A stretch of DNA of 64,000 nt, from positions 3,288,001-3,352,000 of the forward strand of contig CM075996.1 in the NCBI GenBank assembly GCA_038087875.1. Direction: 5' to 3'. A program made the position numbers and the translations under genes. The stretch is from Malacoraja senta (Eukaryota). Below are positions 13,540 to 26,211 of this stretch, piece by piece. Numbering within the stretch: the first letter of the stretch is position 1; each line of letters opens with the position of its first letter. The notes under the pieces were generated by a model that was not told the DNA's origin, ran no database searches, and saw only the letters and a program-made list of their open reading frames with translations.

Positions 13540-15139
13540 CCAAACCAATAATAAACCTCTAATTACCCAAACCAATAATAAACCAATAATAATCTAAACC
13601 AATAATAAACCTCTAATAACCCAAACCAATAATAAACCTCTAATAACCCAAACCAATAATAAACCTCTAATAACCCAAACCAATAATAAACCTCTAATAA
13701 CCCAAACCAATAATAACCCAATAATAACCCAAACCAATAATAAACCTCTAATAACCCAAACCAATAATAAACCTCTAATAACCCAAACCAATAATAAACC
13801 TCTAATAACCCAAACCAATAATAACCCAATAATAACCCAAACCAATAATAAACCTCTAATAACCCAAACCAATAATAAACCTCTAATAACCCAAACCAAT
13901 AATAAACCTCTAATAACCCAAACCAATAATAACCCAATAATAACCCAAACCAATAATAAACCTCTAATAACCCAAACCAATAATAACCCAATAATAACCC
14001 AAACCAATAATAAACCTCTAATAACCCAAACCAATAATAAACCTCTAATAACCCAAACCAATAATAACCCAATAATAACCCAAACCAATAATAAACCTCT
14101 AATAACCCAAACCAATAATAAACCTCTAATAACCCAAACCAATAATAACCCAATAATAACCCAAACCAATAATAAACCTCTAATAACCCAAACCAATAAT
14201 AAACCTCTAATAACCCAAACCAATAATAACCCAATAATAACCCAAACCAATAATAAACCTCTAATAACCCAAACCAATAATAAACCTCTAATAACCCAAA
14301 CCAATAATAACCCAATAATAACCCAAACCAATAATAAACCTCTAATAACCCAAACCAATAATAAACCTCTAATAACCCAAACCAATAATAAACCTCTAAT
14401 AACCCAAACCAATAATAACCCAATAATAACCCAAACCAATAATAAACCTCTAATAACCCAAACCAATAATAACCCAATAATAACCCAAACCAATAATAAA
14501 CCTCTAATAACCCAAACCAATAATAAACCTCTAATAACCCAAACCAATAATAACCCAATAATAACCCAAACCAATAATAAACCTCTAATAACCCAAACCA
14601 ATAATAACCCAATAATAACCCAAACCAATAATAAACCTCTAATAACCCAAACCAATAATAAACCTCTAATAACCCAAACCAATAATAACCCAATAATAAC
14701 CCAAACCAATAATAAACCTCTAATAACCCAAACCAATAATAACCCAATAATAACCCAAACCAATAATAAACCTCTAATAACCCAAACCAATAATAAACCT
14801 CTAATAACCCAAACCAATAATAACCCAATAATAACCCAAACCAATAATAAACCTCTAATAACCCAAACCAATAATAAACCTCTAATAACCCAAACCAATA
14901 ATAACCCAATAATAACCCAAACCAATAATAAACCTCTAATAACCCAAACCAATAATAACCCAATAATAACCCAAACCAATAATAAACCTCTAATAACCCA
15001 AACCAATAATAAACCTCTAATAACCCAAACCAATAATAACCCAATAATAACCCAAACCAATAATAAACCTCTAATAACCCAAACCAATAATAACCCAATA
15101 ATAACCCAAACCAATAATAAACTCTAATAACCCAAACCA
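13540..15139. repeat. 27-bp minisatellite array 1 with two unit variants
   Basis: Units are AATAACCCAAACCAATAATAAACCTCT and AATAACCCAAACCAATAATAACCCAAT. The 9-residue periodicity in the ORF track confirms the 27-bp period. Confidence 0.97.
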
Positions 15140-15339
15140 NNNNNNNNNNNNNNNNNNNNNNNNNNNNNNNNNNNNNNNNNNNNNNNNNNNNNNNNNNNNN
15201 NNNNNNNNNNNNNNNNNNNNNNNNNNNNNNNNNNNNNNNNNNNNNNNNNNNNNNNNNNNNNNNNNNNNNNNNNNNNNNNNNNNNNNNNNNNNNNNNNNNN
15301 NNNNNNNNNNNNNNNNNNNNNNNNNNNNNNNNNNNNNNN
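15140..15339. other. Assembly gap (200 N)
   Basis: Run of N. Confidence 1.
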
Positions 15340-15774
15340 ACCCTTCTTCACAACTATGAACCTGTACTCTGAAGGGTCCCGACCTGAAACATATCCTTTT
15401 TCTCCAAAGATGCTGCCTGTCCCTCTGAGTTTCTCCAACACTTTGTGTCTACCTGGAGTAAAACTCTGCTCAGCCACAGGCAAACTATATTCTGCATTGT
15501 GTATCTTCCCGTTTGCACCACTTATTGTACTTGAGTTTGTCTTGATTGTATTTATGTATAATAGTATCTGATTTGATTGGATAGTACGCACAACAAATAT
15601 TTTTACTGTACATGTGACATGTGCCAATTTTACTGGTACATGTAACAATAACAAACTCCAAACCAGTAATGGGCCCAAACCAGTAATGGGCCCAAACCAG
15701 TAATAAACCAAACAATTAAAAAAACGTAAACTTAGAATAACCCTAAACCAATTAAACCCAAACCAGTAATGAAT

Positions 15775-16957
15775 CCCAAACCAATAATAAACCTCTAATT
15801 ACCCAAACCAATAATAAACCAATAATAATCTAAACCAATAATAAACCTCTAATAACCCAAACCATAATAAACCTCTAATAACCCAAACCAATAATAAACC
15901 TCTAATAACCCAAACCAATAATAAACCTCTAATAACCCAAACCAATAATAACCCAATAATAACCCAAACCAATAATAAACCTCTAATAACCCAAACCAAT
16001 AATAAACCTCTAATAACCCAAACCAATAATAACCCAATAATAACCCAAACCAATAATAAACCTCTAATAACCCAAACCAATAATAAACCTCTAATAACCC
16101 AAACCAATAATAAACCTCTAATAACCCAAACCAATAATAAACCTCTAATAACCCAAACCAATAATAAACCTCTAATAACCCAAAACCAATAATAAACCTC
16201 TAATAACCCAAACCAATAATAAACCTCTAATAACCCAAACCAATAATAAACCTCTAATAACCCAAACCAATAATAAACCTCTAATAACCCAAACCAATAA
16301 TAAACCTCTAATAACCCAAACCAATAATAAACCTCTAATAACCCAAACCAATAATAAACCTCTAATAACCCAAACCAATAATAAACCACTAATAACCCAA
16401 ACCAATAATCAACCTCTAATAACCCAAACCATTAATAAACCTCTAATACCCAAACCAATATAAACCTCTAATAACCCAAACCAATAATAAACCTCTAATA
16501 ACCCAAACCAATAATAACCCAATAATAACCCAAACCAATAATAAACCTCTAATAACCCAAACCAATAATAAACCTCTAATAACCCAAACCAATAATAACC
16601 CAATAATAACCCAAACCAATAATAAACCTCTAATAACCCAAACCAATAATAAACCTCTAATAACCCAAACCAATAATAAACCTCTAATAACCCAAACCAA
16701 TAATAAACCTCTAATAACCCAAACCAATAATAAACCTCTAATAACCCAAACCAATAATAACCCAATAATAACCCAAACCAATAATAAACCTCTAATAACC
16801 CAAACCAATAATAAACCTCTAATAACCCAAACCAATAATAAACCTCTAATAACCCAAACCAATAATAAACCTCTAATAACCCAAACCAATAATAAACCTC
16901 TAATAACCCAAACCAATAATAAACCTCTAATAACCCAAACCAATAATAAACCAAACT
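15775..16957. repeat. 27-bp minisatellite array 2, abutting the CpG island
   Basis: Same units as array 1 with scattered small indels. Confidence 0.97.
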
Positions 16958-16959
16958 CC

Positions 16960-17350
16960 AGGTTAACCAGGCACCGGAAGTCCGCCAGACAGCGGCGGAA
17001 GTCCCGCCCATACCAGCGCTGATTGGATCCCACCTCCCCAACGCGCGCTCCCATTGACCGGATCTCCTGCCAGTCATCGCTATTTTGACGTCCAGACTGT
17101 CCGCGATGAGAAAGGCTGATTCCCGCCGCGGCCGCACCGTGTCCGGTTGTTAAATCGCCCTGAAACATCCCCGACCGACTCCGCCCTGCAAACGCAGAGT
17201 CGCGGCGCTGGGATTCCTCACCTTGCCCTTCACGCCGCCATCGCGCTCCCGCTCGGCCCGAGGACGGACAACATGGCGCCCGGGACCCGACCCCGCCCGC
17301 AACCACTTCCGGGTCACGCCGTGCGCGCTTACGTCACACGTCCCAGGGGG
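16960..17350 (-). promoter_or_regulatory. CpG-island promoter and probable first exon of MIEF1 (donor after 17222)
   Basis: Abruptly GC/CpG-rich. ETS/GABP-type CCGGAAGT at 16974-16981 and its reverse complement at 17305-17312. GC box 17291-17298, ATF/CRE-like TTACGTCA 17329-17336, YY1-like AACATGGCG 17270-17278. Minus-strand donor AAG|gtgagg. Confidence 0.75.
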
Positions 17351-17521
17351 AGGCCCTTCAGCCCAACATGCCCATGCTGACCCACATGCTGACCAACTAA
17401 GCAGAGATTGATGTAGACAATAGACAGGAATTAAGGTGGAAAGACGGCAGAGAATATTTAAGAGGATAGAGTCATAGTCATACAGTGTGGAAACAGGCCC
17501 TTGGGCCCAACTTGCCCTCAT

Positions 17522-18210
17522 CAAGTTCAAGTGAGATTATTGTCATGTGTCCCTGATAGGACAATGAAATTCTTGTTTTGCTTCAGCACAACAGAACATA
17601 GTAGGCATTGACTACAAGGCATTCTATAAATATATACACACATGAATCAATATACTGATAAAGTGCAAATAACAGTTAATTGGCTAATAAAGTTCAGTGT
17701 TTTGTCCGAGCCAGGTTTAATAGCCTGATGGCTGTGGGGAAGTAGCTATTCCTGAACCTGGTCATTGCAGTCTTCAGGCTCCTGTACCTTCTACCTGAAG
17801 GTAGTAGGGAGATGAGTGTGTGGCCAGGATGGTGTGGGTCCTTGATGATACTGCCAGCCTTTTTGAGGCAGCGACTGTGATAGATCCCCTCGATGGAAGG
17901 GAGGTCAGAGCCGATGATGGACTGGGCAGTGTTTACTACTTTTTGTAGTCCTTTCCTTTCCAGGGCGCTCAAGTTGCCGAACCAAGCCAAGCATGCTCTC
18001 TACTGTGCACCTGTAGAAGTTAGAGAGTCCTCCTTGACAAACCGACTCTCCGTAATCTTCTCAGGAAGTAGAGGCGCTGATGTGCTTTCTTAATAATGGC
18101 ATCAGTGTTCTCGGACCAGGAAAGATCTTCAGAGATGTGCACGCCCAGGAATTTGAAGCTCTTGACCCTTTCAACCATCGACCCGTTGATATAAACAGGA
18201 CTGTGTGTCC
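17522..18210 (-). mobile_element. Rex1/Babar-like LINE 3' fragment
   Basis: VERVKSFKFLGVHISEDLSW...KKAHQRLYFLRRL and IIKDPHHPGHTLISLLPSGRRYRSLKT...FRNSYFPTAIRLLN, with a (CTTGA)n tail. Confidence 0.8.
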
Positions 18211-20733
18211 CCATCGACCAATATGCCCCATTTACACTAGTCCTACTTGCTTGCGTTTGGCCCATATCCCTCCAAACCTGTCCTATCCATGTACCAATGT
18301 CCAAATGTCTTTGAATTGTTGTGATAGTACCTCCCTCAACTCCTGAGACCCGTGTAGACTCTCCTATTGTCACAGCTTCTTAAAAATGTTTGGAGATACA
18401 GGCCTTTCGGCGCACCGAGTCCACGCCAACCGACGATCACCCTGTACACTGGCACTATTCTACACACAAGGGACGATTTACAATATTACCAAAGCCACTT
18501 AAACTACAAACCTGTACATCTTTGGAGTGTGACATAACATTCCTGACGATTTTATGGAATTCTGTATCCCAGAGGGATGTGGAGGCACAGCCAACCGCAC
18601 TCACAACGGAAATTGGTAGATGTGTAAGAGATTAGAATCATGGAGGGATATGGGGATAGGACAGGAAAAATACAGGTGACAGAGCCAGCTGAAGGGGATG
18701 AATGGCCTTACTCCAGCTATTTCTTGCATTATGTCCTCTTGATCCTCTTTCTACTTTCTCTTCCTTTCAAGTACTTCTCTTTAGTCCCTTGGGATCAAGG
18801 GCTAACTTGCTTCCGCTCCAGTTCTGTAGATCTTGAGATGCCGACGAGGTCAACATTGGGAACTGCATCCTCTACCAGAAGTGTGGCAGGAGGTAGGTGA
18901 TGGGAGTGGGAGGGAGAGTCGTTTGAGAGGTGGAGAACTCCGCTAGGTTTCTGTGTGCTGCTGACAAAGACTCACGATTCTCAATGACATCCCGAATTTT
19001 CATAAAACAATGGAAATTTAATAATGCAGATGCTATTCAGCCCATCTTTCCCATGCAATTTGGGATTTCCAATCCAATCCCTCCTTTCAAGACCGAGTCC
19101 ATTGGCCTACAGATCAAGGCTCTTCACGTACATATCCAAGTACTGCTTGAATGTGATGGTGGAGGTGGTTGTGTTGTTTCTGCCACTCCCCACCCTTTCA
19201 GGCAATGAATTCCAGACTCCACCTTTTTAGTTTAGTTTAGAGATACAGCGCAGAAGCAGGCCTTCGGCCCACCGAGGCCGCACCAACCAGCGATCTCCGC
19301 ACATTAACACAAATCTACACAGACCAGGAACAATTTACACTTATACCAATAAACAAATCCAAGCCAATTAATCTACGTCTTTGGGGTGTGGGAGAAAACC
19401 AAAGATCTCAGAGAAAACACACAGGTCACGGGGAGAAGGTACAAACTCCGCACAGACAGCACCCGTAGTCGAGGTCGAACCCGGGTCTCTGTCGCTGTGA
19501 GGCAGCAACTCTACCGCTGGGCCAATAATTTGGAGGAAATTATTTTTCATTTCCCTCTAATCCTTCTACCAGGATATTACCTGGGATGGTATAGCAATTA
19601 TGAGGGACTGGATAGGTCGGGTTTTCTTTACTTTAGACTTTACTTCAGAGATACAGTTCTGAAACAGGCCCTTCAGCTCACCAATTCCATGCCAACCCAC
19701 GATAACCCCTATCTACTAGCATCGTCCTACACACTGGGGAAAATTTATAATTTTCCTTCGGGCAGAGGTTGATGGAGAGAAGGAAGGGACCTTGTAGAGG
19801 CGTATAAAACTATCAAGGCCTGTAGCAGAGATGTACTGTATAAAGATTTTGGTGTATGCCACATGTTGACAATGTCCTTGGTTAAAAGATAGTAAATAGT
19901 AAATAGCCAGGACACCATGTACATTTATTGAAAGATGGTGCCATTAACCAAATAGATCCAGACAGCCAACGTAAATACAATCAATTATAGATGAGTCACT
20001 GAGGCAGAAATGTCGTAGATATTAGGCAGCACCAATCACAGGCCTCTTGTTCCAATTAACTTGAGAGTTTAGTCTATTTAGAAGAATTTTCCAATCACCA
20101 CTTGAAATGTAATCATGAGATAAACCTTCAGTGTTTGTCTGTACATTGTTTGTCTTTGCATGGGACTACCTTCAGAATATTGTGACGTTGCTTTAATTGC
20201 AATAAACAAATAGATTGCTGAAGTTTATTTATGTTAACATGGATTGCCATACCAAATCTTTTAAATGACAAGCCTATGCTGTTACAAGAGACAAGAGATG
20301 CTGGAATGTTGATCGAAACACACTGTGTTGGAAGAACGTATTAGTTAGCATCAGCGGAGGGAATGGAGAGGTGATGTTTCGGGTCTGATGTTAAAGAAGG
20401 GTTCCAACCTGAAATATTAGCTATTCATTCGTTCCTCAGATGCTATCTAACCTGCTGAGTTCCTCCAGCCTTTTCTGTTTGATCAACATTCATATGCCCA
20501 TTGACAAAGTTGGTATCAGGTCTTATTTTTAGTTAGCATATGTTCTCCACATGTGATGTTCACAAATAAACAGAAGGCAATTGCTTTGTGGTTACCAATA
20601 TGTATTTGTAGAAGGTACTCAAGTTATCTCCAGCCAAATAACACAGTTGGATCTTCATATATATTGCGAGCAACAATTACAAGGGACTCGCTCGGCGACC
20701 ATTAAGTGGCATCTCTCCTTCACCAGAGTCCCA

Positions 20734-20769
20734 TTATCGTGGGGTGATTTTCTTCAGGCTTCGATTGAG
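20734..20769 (-). CDS. EIF3L: EIF3L terminal coding exon
   Basis: Acceptor ttttgtag|. Translates LNRSLKKITPR*. Candidate minus-strand AATAAA signals at 20224-20229 and 19924-19929. Confidence 0.85.
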   Translation of the reverse strand, partial: LNRSLKKITPR

Positions 20770-21647
20770 CTACAAAATGAAAAATAAAACGTGTGAACAC
20801 TTGTGAACTTTTGGTGAAAAGACAAATCTGGACAAAGTCCGTCATTCGCCAGGGATAGAAATGTAGACCTCCCATGTATAAAAATTCAGATGCTACCAGT
20901 GCCGCCAAGACAGTAGTCGAGCTCTCCGCAGATAAAATCAGTGTTTTATTGTCATATGTACCGAAACGGAGCAATGGAATTCGTACTTGCAGCAGCTCAA
21001 CGGGTTTGTAAGCACAATACTCAATAGATAATATGATAAACATACATTAAAAAGTCCAATAAATAAAAGAATAATAGTGCAAAACCATCTGGAGATACTG
21101 GTCATTTTTGCCAATAAGACTGCAAGACATCGGAGCAGAATTGGGTTATTCGGGTCATTGAGTCTGCCTCACCATTCGATCATGGCGGATCTATTTTTCC
21201 CTCTCAACCCCTTCTCCCCGTAACCTTTGACGCCCTTAATATAACGTATTAAAACTCCCAGTAATACACAGTCCACCATAGCAGTATGTGAATCTGCAGT
21301 TGGTAAGTCAGCTTATAATAACTTTGTGTCTACTTGACTGTAACATAACGTTTGTATTGATTCAGTTTTAGGATCTGAGTGTCACAAGCAAAACATTTTT
21401 TATTCAGTCTTAAGTGCTCTTGAGATGCAGGAAATGGTTTTGCTCTTTTGCTTCGAGGTTTGAAGACTCAGGAGCACTGGGAAGGAAGGTTGATGGTCCT
21501 TCTTTATAAAGGCACTACTCAAGCTGGAAGAATCTTCATGAAGGCAGCGAGAAAAGACCATTTACAAGAGATGGAAATTTTAGTTACTTAGTTTAGTTTA
21601 TTGTCACATGTACTGAGATACAGTGAAAAGCTTTCTGTTCAGCTCAC

Positions 21648-21728
21648 CTCCTCAAATTTGTGAATCTGCCTGATAAAAAAGTCTCCATATCGCCTGGCCA
21701 CTTTGGTATCTGCGATGTGGATCATATC
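21648..21728 (-). CDS. EIF3L: EIF3L exon
   Basis: [31 protein letters not shown] boundaries, 81 nt. Confidence 0.95.
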
Positions 21729-22895
21729 CTGAGTGAAGGGACAAAGACAAAGATTAAGCAAATCCAAACAGTACTATTAGTGACCAAGGCATGGTCCAGT
21801 ATTTTACCATTCACCAGTTCAAGGGGTATACCACCTTCAACGGTATAGTTCAGTACTTTACCATGTCCAGTACTTACATGGTCCAGTAGTTTACCATGTT
21901 ACCGGAATCTCTATCAGCAACAAGTGGATATGGCACCTTCAAATGGGCGGCACAGTGATGCAGCGGTAGAGTTGCTGCCTAACAGTGCCAGAGACCCGGG
22001 TTCGATCCCGACTACCTGTGCTATCTGTACGGAGTTTATACGTTCTCCCCGTGACAGCGTGGGTTTCCTCCGGGTGCTCTGGTTCTCTCTCATACTTCAA
22101 CAGACAATAGACAATAAGTGCAGGAGTAGGCCATTCGGCCCTTCGAGCCAGCCCCACCATTCAATGTGATCATGGCTGATCATCCCCAATCAGTACCCCG
22201 TTCCTGCCTTCTCCCCATATCCCCAGACTCCGCTATCTTTAAGAGCCCTATCTAGCTCTCTTGAAAGTATCCAGAGAACCGGCCTCCACCGCCCTCTGAG
22301 GCAGAGAATTCCACAGACTCACAACCCTCTGTGAGAAAAAGTGTTTCCTCGTCTCTGTTCGAAATGGCTTACCCCTTATTCTTAAACTGTGGCCCCTGGT
22401 TCTGGACACCCCAAACATCGGGAACATGTTTCCTGCCTCTAGCGTGTCCAAAGATGTGCAGGTTTGTAGGTTAATTGGCTTCGGTAAAAAATGAAAATTG
22501 TCCCTCGTGTGTAGGATAGTGCAAGTGTACGGGGTGATCGCTGGCCGGCGCGGACTCTGCGAGCCTGTTTCTGTACTGTATGTCTGGTCTAAAGTCTAAA
22601 TCTGCCGGCACTCTAAGCATTTTAGAAAGAGACACTGGAACTACAGATGTTGGAATCTTGAGTGAAATACAAACTGCTGGAAGAACTTAGCAGGTCAGGC
22701 AGCATCTGTGAAGGAAATGGACAGGTAACATTTCGGGACTGATCTGAAAAAGGGGTCCCAACCCAAAACGACACCGGTCCATTCCCTCCACAGATGCTGC
22801 CTGACCCACCGATTTACTCCAGCACTTTATGTGCTTCACTAGGTATTTTAAAAGATCGACTGGAAGGAGAGAGAATCCTCAAAAATTAAACGTAC

Positions 22896-23085
22896 CTTGT
22901 CGATGTAGAAGTCAACCTCTGAAGCTGACTGAAATTCACCATCGAGGGCTGAAATGCCACTGGTCCACACCAGGTTCTTCATCTTGTGCTTGAAGACGAG
23001 GAGGTTGATGCGAAACTCCTGCTCAGTCATGTCAAGAAACCCAGCCAACTTGACCACAGGCATTGTGGTGTATAACTTTAGGAAA
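22896..23085 (-). CDS. EIF3L: EIF3L exon (PCI domain region)
   Basis: [18 protein letters not shown]...[15 protein letters not shown] boundaries, 190 nt, phase-consistent. Confidence 0.95.
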
Positions 23086-23618
23086 CTGCAAGAGGAGAGA
23101 AAGTGACCCATCAACCAAAAGGAATTTCCGAGGAATCCGAGGGGTAACTTTTTCACACAAACGGTGGTGGGTGTATGGAACAAGCTGCCAGAGGAGGTAG
23201 TTGAGGCTGGGACTATACCATCGTTTAAGAAACAATTAGACAGGTACATGGATAGGACAGGATTGGAGGGATATGGGCGAAGCGCAGGCAAGTGGGACTA
23301 GTGTAGCTGGGACATTGTTGGCCGGTGTGGGCGAGTTGGGCCGAAGGGCCTGTTTCCACACTGTATCTATCACTCTATGACTCTATGAGTTGGCATATAC
23401 AGAAAGGTCAGTGTGGGTCAATTGGAAACTGGGAGATCCTGCAGGCCTCGGCGAGCCGAGCGCAAGTGTTCGACGGAACGGTTGCCGAGTCTACGTTTGT
23501 TCTCGCCGAAGTAGATCGGGACTCAGTTTAATCACTCATCCCACTCTCCCTCACTGTCCTATCGATACATGAATGAGGCCATTCTCGGTCATTCCTGTCA
23601 CATGCCGAGCTCACGTAC

Positions 23619-23792
23619 CTACGGATGGTGGAAAGTACCGACTGCTGCTGCACCTCATCCATAAAGACTTTCATTTGCTGCAGGAAGGGCTCCTTGTGAT
23701 AGTTTGGATGCACCGAGTCGTAATTTGGTACCACGGGCGACAGGAACTTGGGGCAGGCAAAACTGAACGACTCCTCAAAGATATTCATCTCT
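23619..23792 (-). CDS. EIF3L: EIF3L exon
   Basis: EMNIFEESFSFACPKFLSPVVPNYD...LSTIR; 174 nt, phase-consistent. Confidence 0.95.
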
Positions 23793-25070
23793 CTGCAATG
23801 AAAGGCAGGATTATAGGAGAAAAGGTTAATATTAAAAACAAAAGCTCTGGAAAAACACAGCAGCTCAGGGAGTAGCTAAAGTCTGAAGAAGGGTCCTGAC
23901 CCAAAACATCACCTATCCATGTTCTCCAGGGATGTTGCCTGACCTGCTGAGTTACTCCAGCATTGTGTGTCTTTCCTCAATAAGATCTTCTGTCCCCATT
24001 ATCTTCAATTCCCTCCGGGTGCTTCGGCTTCCTCCCGCATTCCAAGGACGTGCAGGTTTGTAAATTAATTGGGTTCTGTAAAATTGTCTCTAGTGTGGGG
24101 CATGTAAAAGTGGGATAACAAAGATGGTTGGTATGGACTTGGTGGGTCAAAGGGACCGTTTCATCTGAATATCGGAGTTCACAAGGCTACTTAAACCAAA
24201 CAATTCAGCAGCAGTCTCAGTGGATCGGGCAGTATTATCCGAATGCCACCATAATTAAAGTTACCATCCAACTCATTTCCCGTCAGAACGTAACACACTT
24301 TTTCTGTACACTGTGATCTCTACACTTCTCACACATCCACTTTTCAGTAATCTGCTGTGGGTGGGAATGCCTTTAGCTGTCTTGATCAAAATAAACTCAA
24401 CTGCTTGTCTCTATTGAAAAAAACCCACAAAGTGCCGGAGGAACTCAGCGGTTGAGGCAGCATCGGTGGAGGGAATAGACAGGCGATGTTAAAACAGACT
24501 TTGATGGCTCTGTATCTCCTTGCACGATACGATAGAACTTTATTTATCCCAGGAGGGAAATTGGTCGGCCAACAGCCATAAAACACAAGATACATGAAAC
24601 TAAAGTGATGAGTGGAAAGGATTGGAGGTGTGCAAAGATTGGGGGGAGGGGAGTCAGTCTACCCCACGACAGGAATTATGTGTGGCTTATTATCAAATTA
24701 TGGGGCATGTTCGAACACAATGTGCTGGAGGAACTCAGTCGGTCAGGCAGCGTCTTTGGTGGGAATGGACAGACAATGTTATGGGTTGGGACCCTTATTG
24801 AGAGTGTAAGAGGGTGGAGAAAGCTGGAATAGAGAGGTGGGGACAGTACAAAGCCTGGCATGTGATCAGTGGATACAGGTGAGGGAGAGGGTTGACAGGC
24901 AGATGGATGGATGAAAATAACAAAGGCTAGTGATGAATAGGAGACAAAAGGGTGTCAGGTAAGGAGACGTTGTACAACTGGATTTATAGATGCTGCATGA
25001 ATGCAAGTTGTAACTAATGGAAGACGGGTCGGCCAAGCGACTGCAACATGACAATGTGGAGGAGACCCAC

Positions 25071-25204
25071 CCTTTCTGCATGCGCAGCATTTTGTCTCCG
25101 TATTTCTCTCTCAGCTGGGTGTGGATGCTCTCGTCGATCCTCATCGGGTACAGTGTCAAGGCGATTGCCAGCAGGCTGTGCATCTGCTCGTTCTGCTTGT
25201 TTAT
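25071..25204 (-). CDS. EIF3L: EIF3L exon
   Basis: INKQNEQMHSLLAIALTLYPMRIDESIHTQLREKYGDKMLRMQK; 134 nt. Confidence 0.95.
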
Positions 25205-25922
25205 CTGCAAGTACATTTGGAGAAGGAGTGAGGAAGACAGAAAATAGAGTCATAGAGCGATACAGCGTGAAAACAGACCTTCGGCCCAACGTGCCCACCA
25301 TGTCCCAGCTACACTAGTCCCACCTGCCTGCGTGTGGACCATATCCCTCCAAACCCGTCCTATCCATGCACCTGTTTCTTAAATGTCGGGATAGTCCCTG
25401 CCTCAACTGCCTCCTTTGGCAGCTTGTTCCATACACCCACTACCCTTTGTGTGAAAAAGTTACCCTTCATAGTTTTTGATTTATTTTAAATGTTATTCCT
25501 GTTCAGTCCTACATGTGATTATTATTCGGAAAAACCTTTAAACAAACCATAAAGAGAGATTGTTATCTCCCATTTACCCCCCATATTTTCTCTCTACTGT
25601 CCCATTCCACCTTCATTCTGCCCTCCAGCTTTACACCCAGCCCTACCTAACACCCTTTTAAATCCTTTTCATCCCTAGCCATTGTCATTTATTCCATCCA
25701 TCCGTCTCCACCTCTCTTTTCCAGCTTTCCCTGCCCTATTATAATCAGTCTGAATAAGGGTCGCATACATCTCAAAACGTTGTCTGTCCATGCCAATCCA
25801 GCCTCCCCACATATATCCATTTATCACATGCCAGGCTTTTGTCAAGCCAATTAACCTGTAAGGCAGCAACTCTACCGCTGCACCACGCCTGATAATAATA
25901 TATTTATGCGCTTTGAATGTAC

Positions 25923-26211
25923 AGTCAGGTCGGGGGGAGTTCCCCCCGCCACGGGTACCATGTAATCCCGTGGTACCTGCTCCATGGTCAGATAGTCTGT
26001 GACTAAACCGTCTTCCCCACCTGCTTTGCCAGGTGAGGAGGGGGCTGTGGACCCCCAGCAGGACCATAAACAAGACATGTCAAAGGGCAAATGAGCTCCT
26101 AGCGAGCCAATGGCCATCCACACTTCAGTAGAAGTTGCAATCACTGTCGTAGATAGCATTGTAAGACACCGTGCCCGGCCCGTTGATGTTTTCAACGATG
26201 ATGATGATGAT
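25923..26211 (+). mobile_element. Short non-autonomous retroelement, probably RTE-derived, with (GAT)n tail and 13-bp TSD
   Basis: GCTTTGAATGTAC occurs at 25910-25922 and again at 26212-26224. The 3' end has a (GAT)5 tail and the body is structured and GC-rich. Confidence 0.8.

Noticed and set aside
13563..16957. Long ORFs of up to ~500 aa (GLLEVYYWF / GLLLVWVIR repeats)
   Set aside because: These are translations of the 27-bp minisatellite. They are open in several frames only because the unit length is a multiple of 3 and those frames lack stops.
13540..16957. CRISPR-like or telomeric array
   Set aside because: There are no unique spacers and the context is a vertebrate intron. TAACCC is not tandemly repeated as (TTAGGG)n.
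21780..21905. Short degenerate repeats of CATGGTCCAGTA..TTAC
   Set aside because: Only a few decayed tandem copies in an intron, with no evidence of function.
21944..22015. tRNA genes at SINE heads
   Set aside because: The A/B-box-like sequences run straight into the V-SINE body and do not form a complete cloverleaf.
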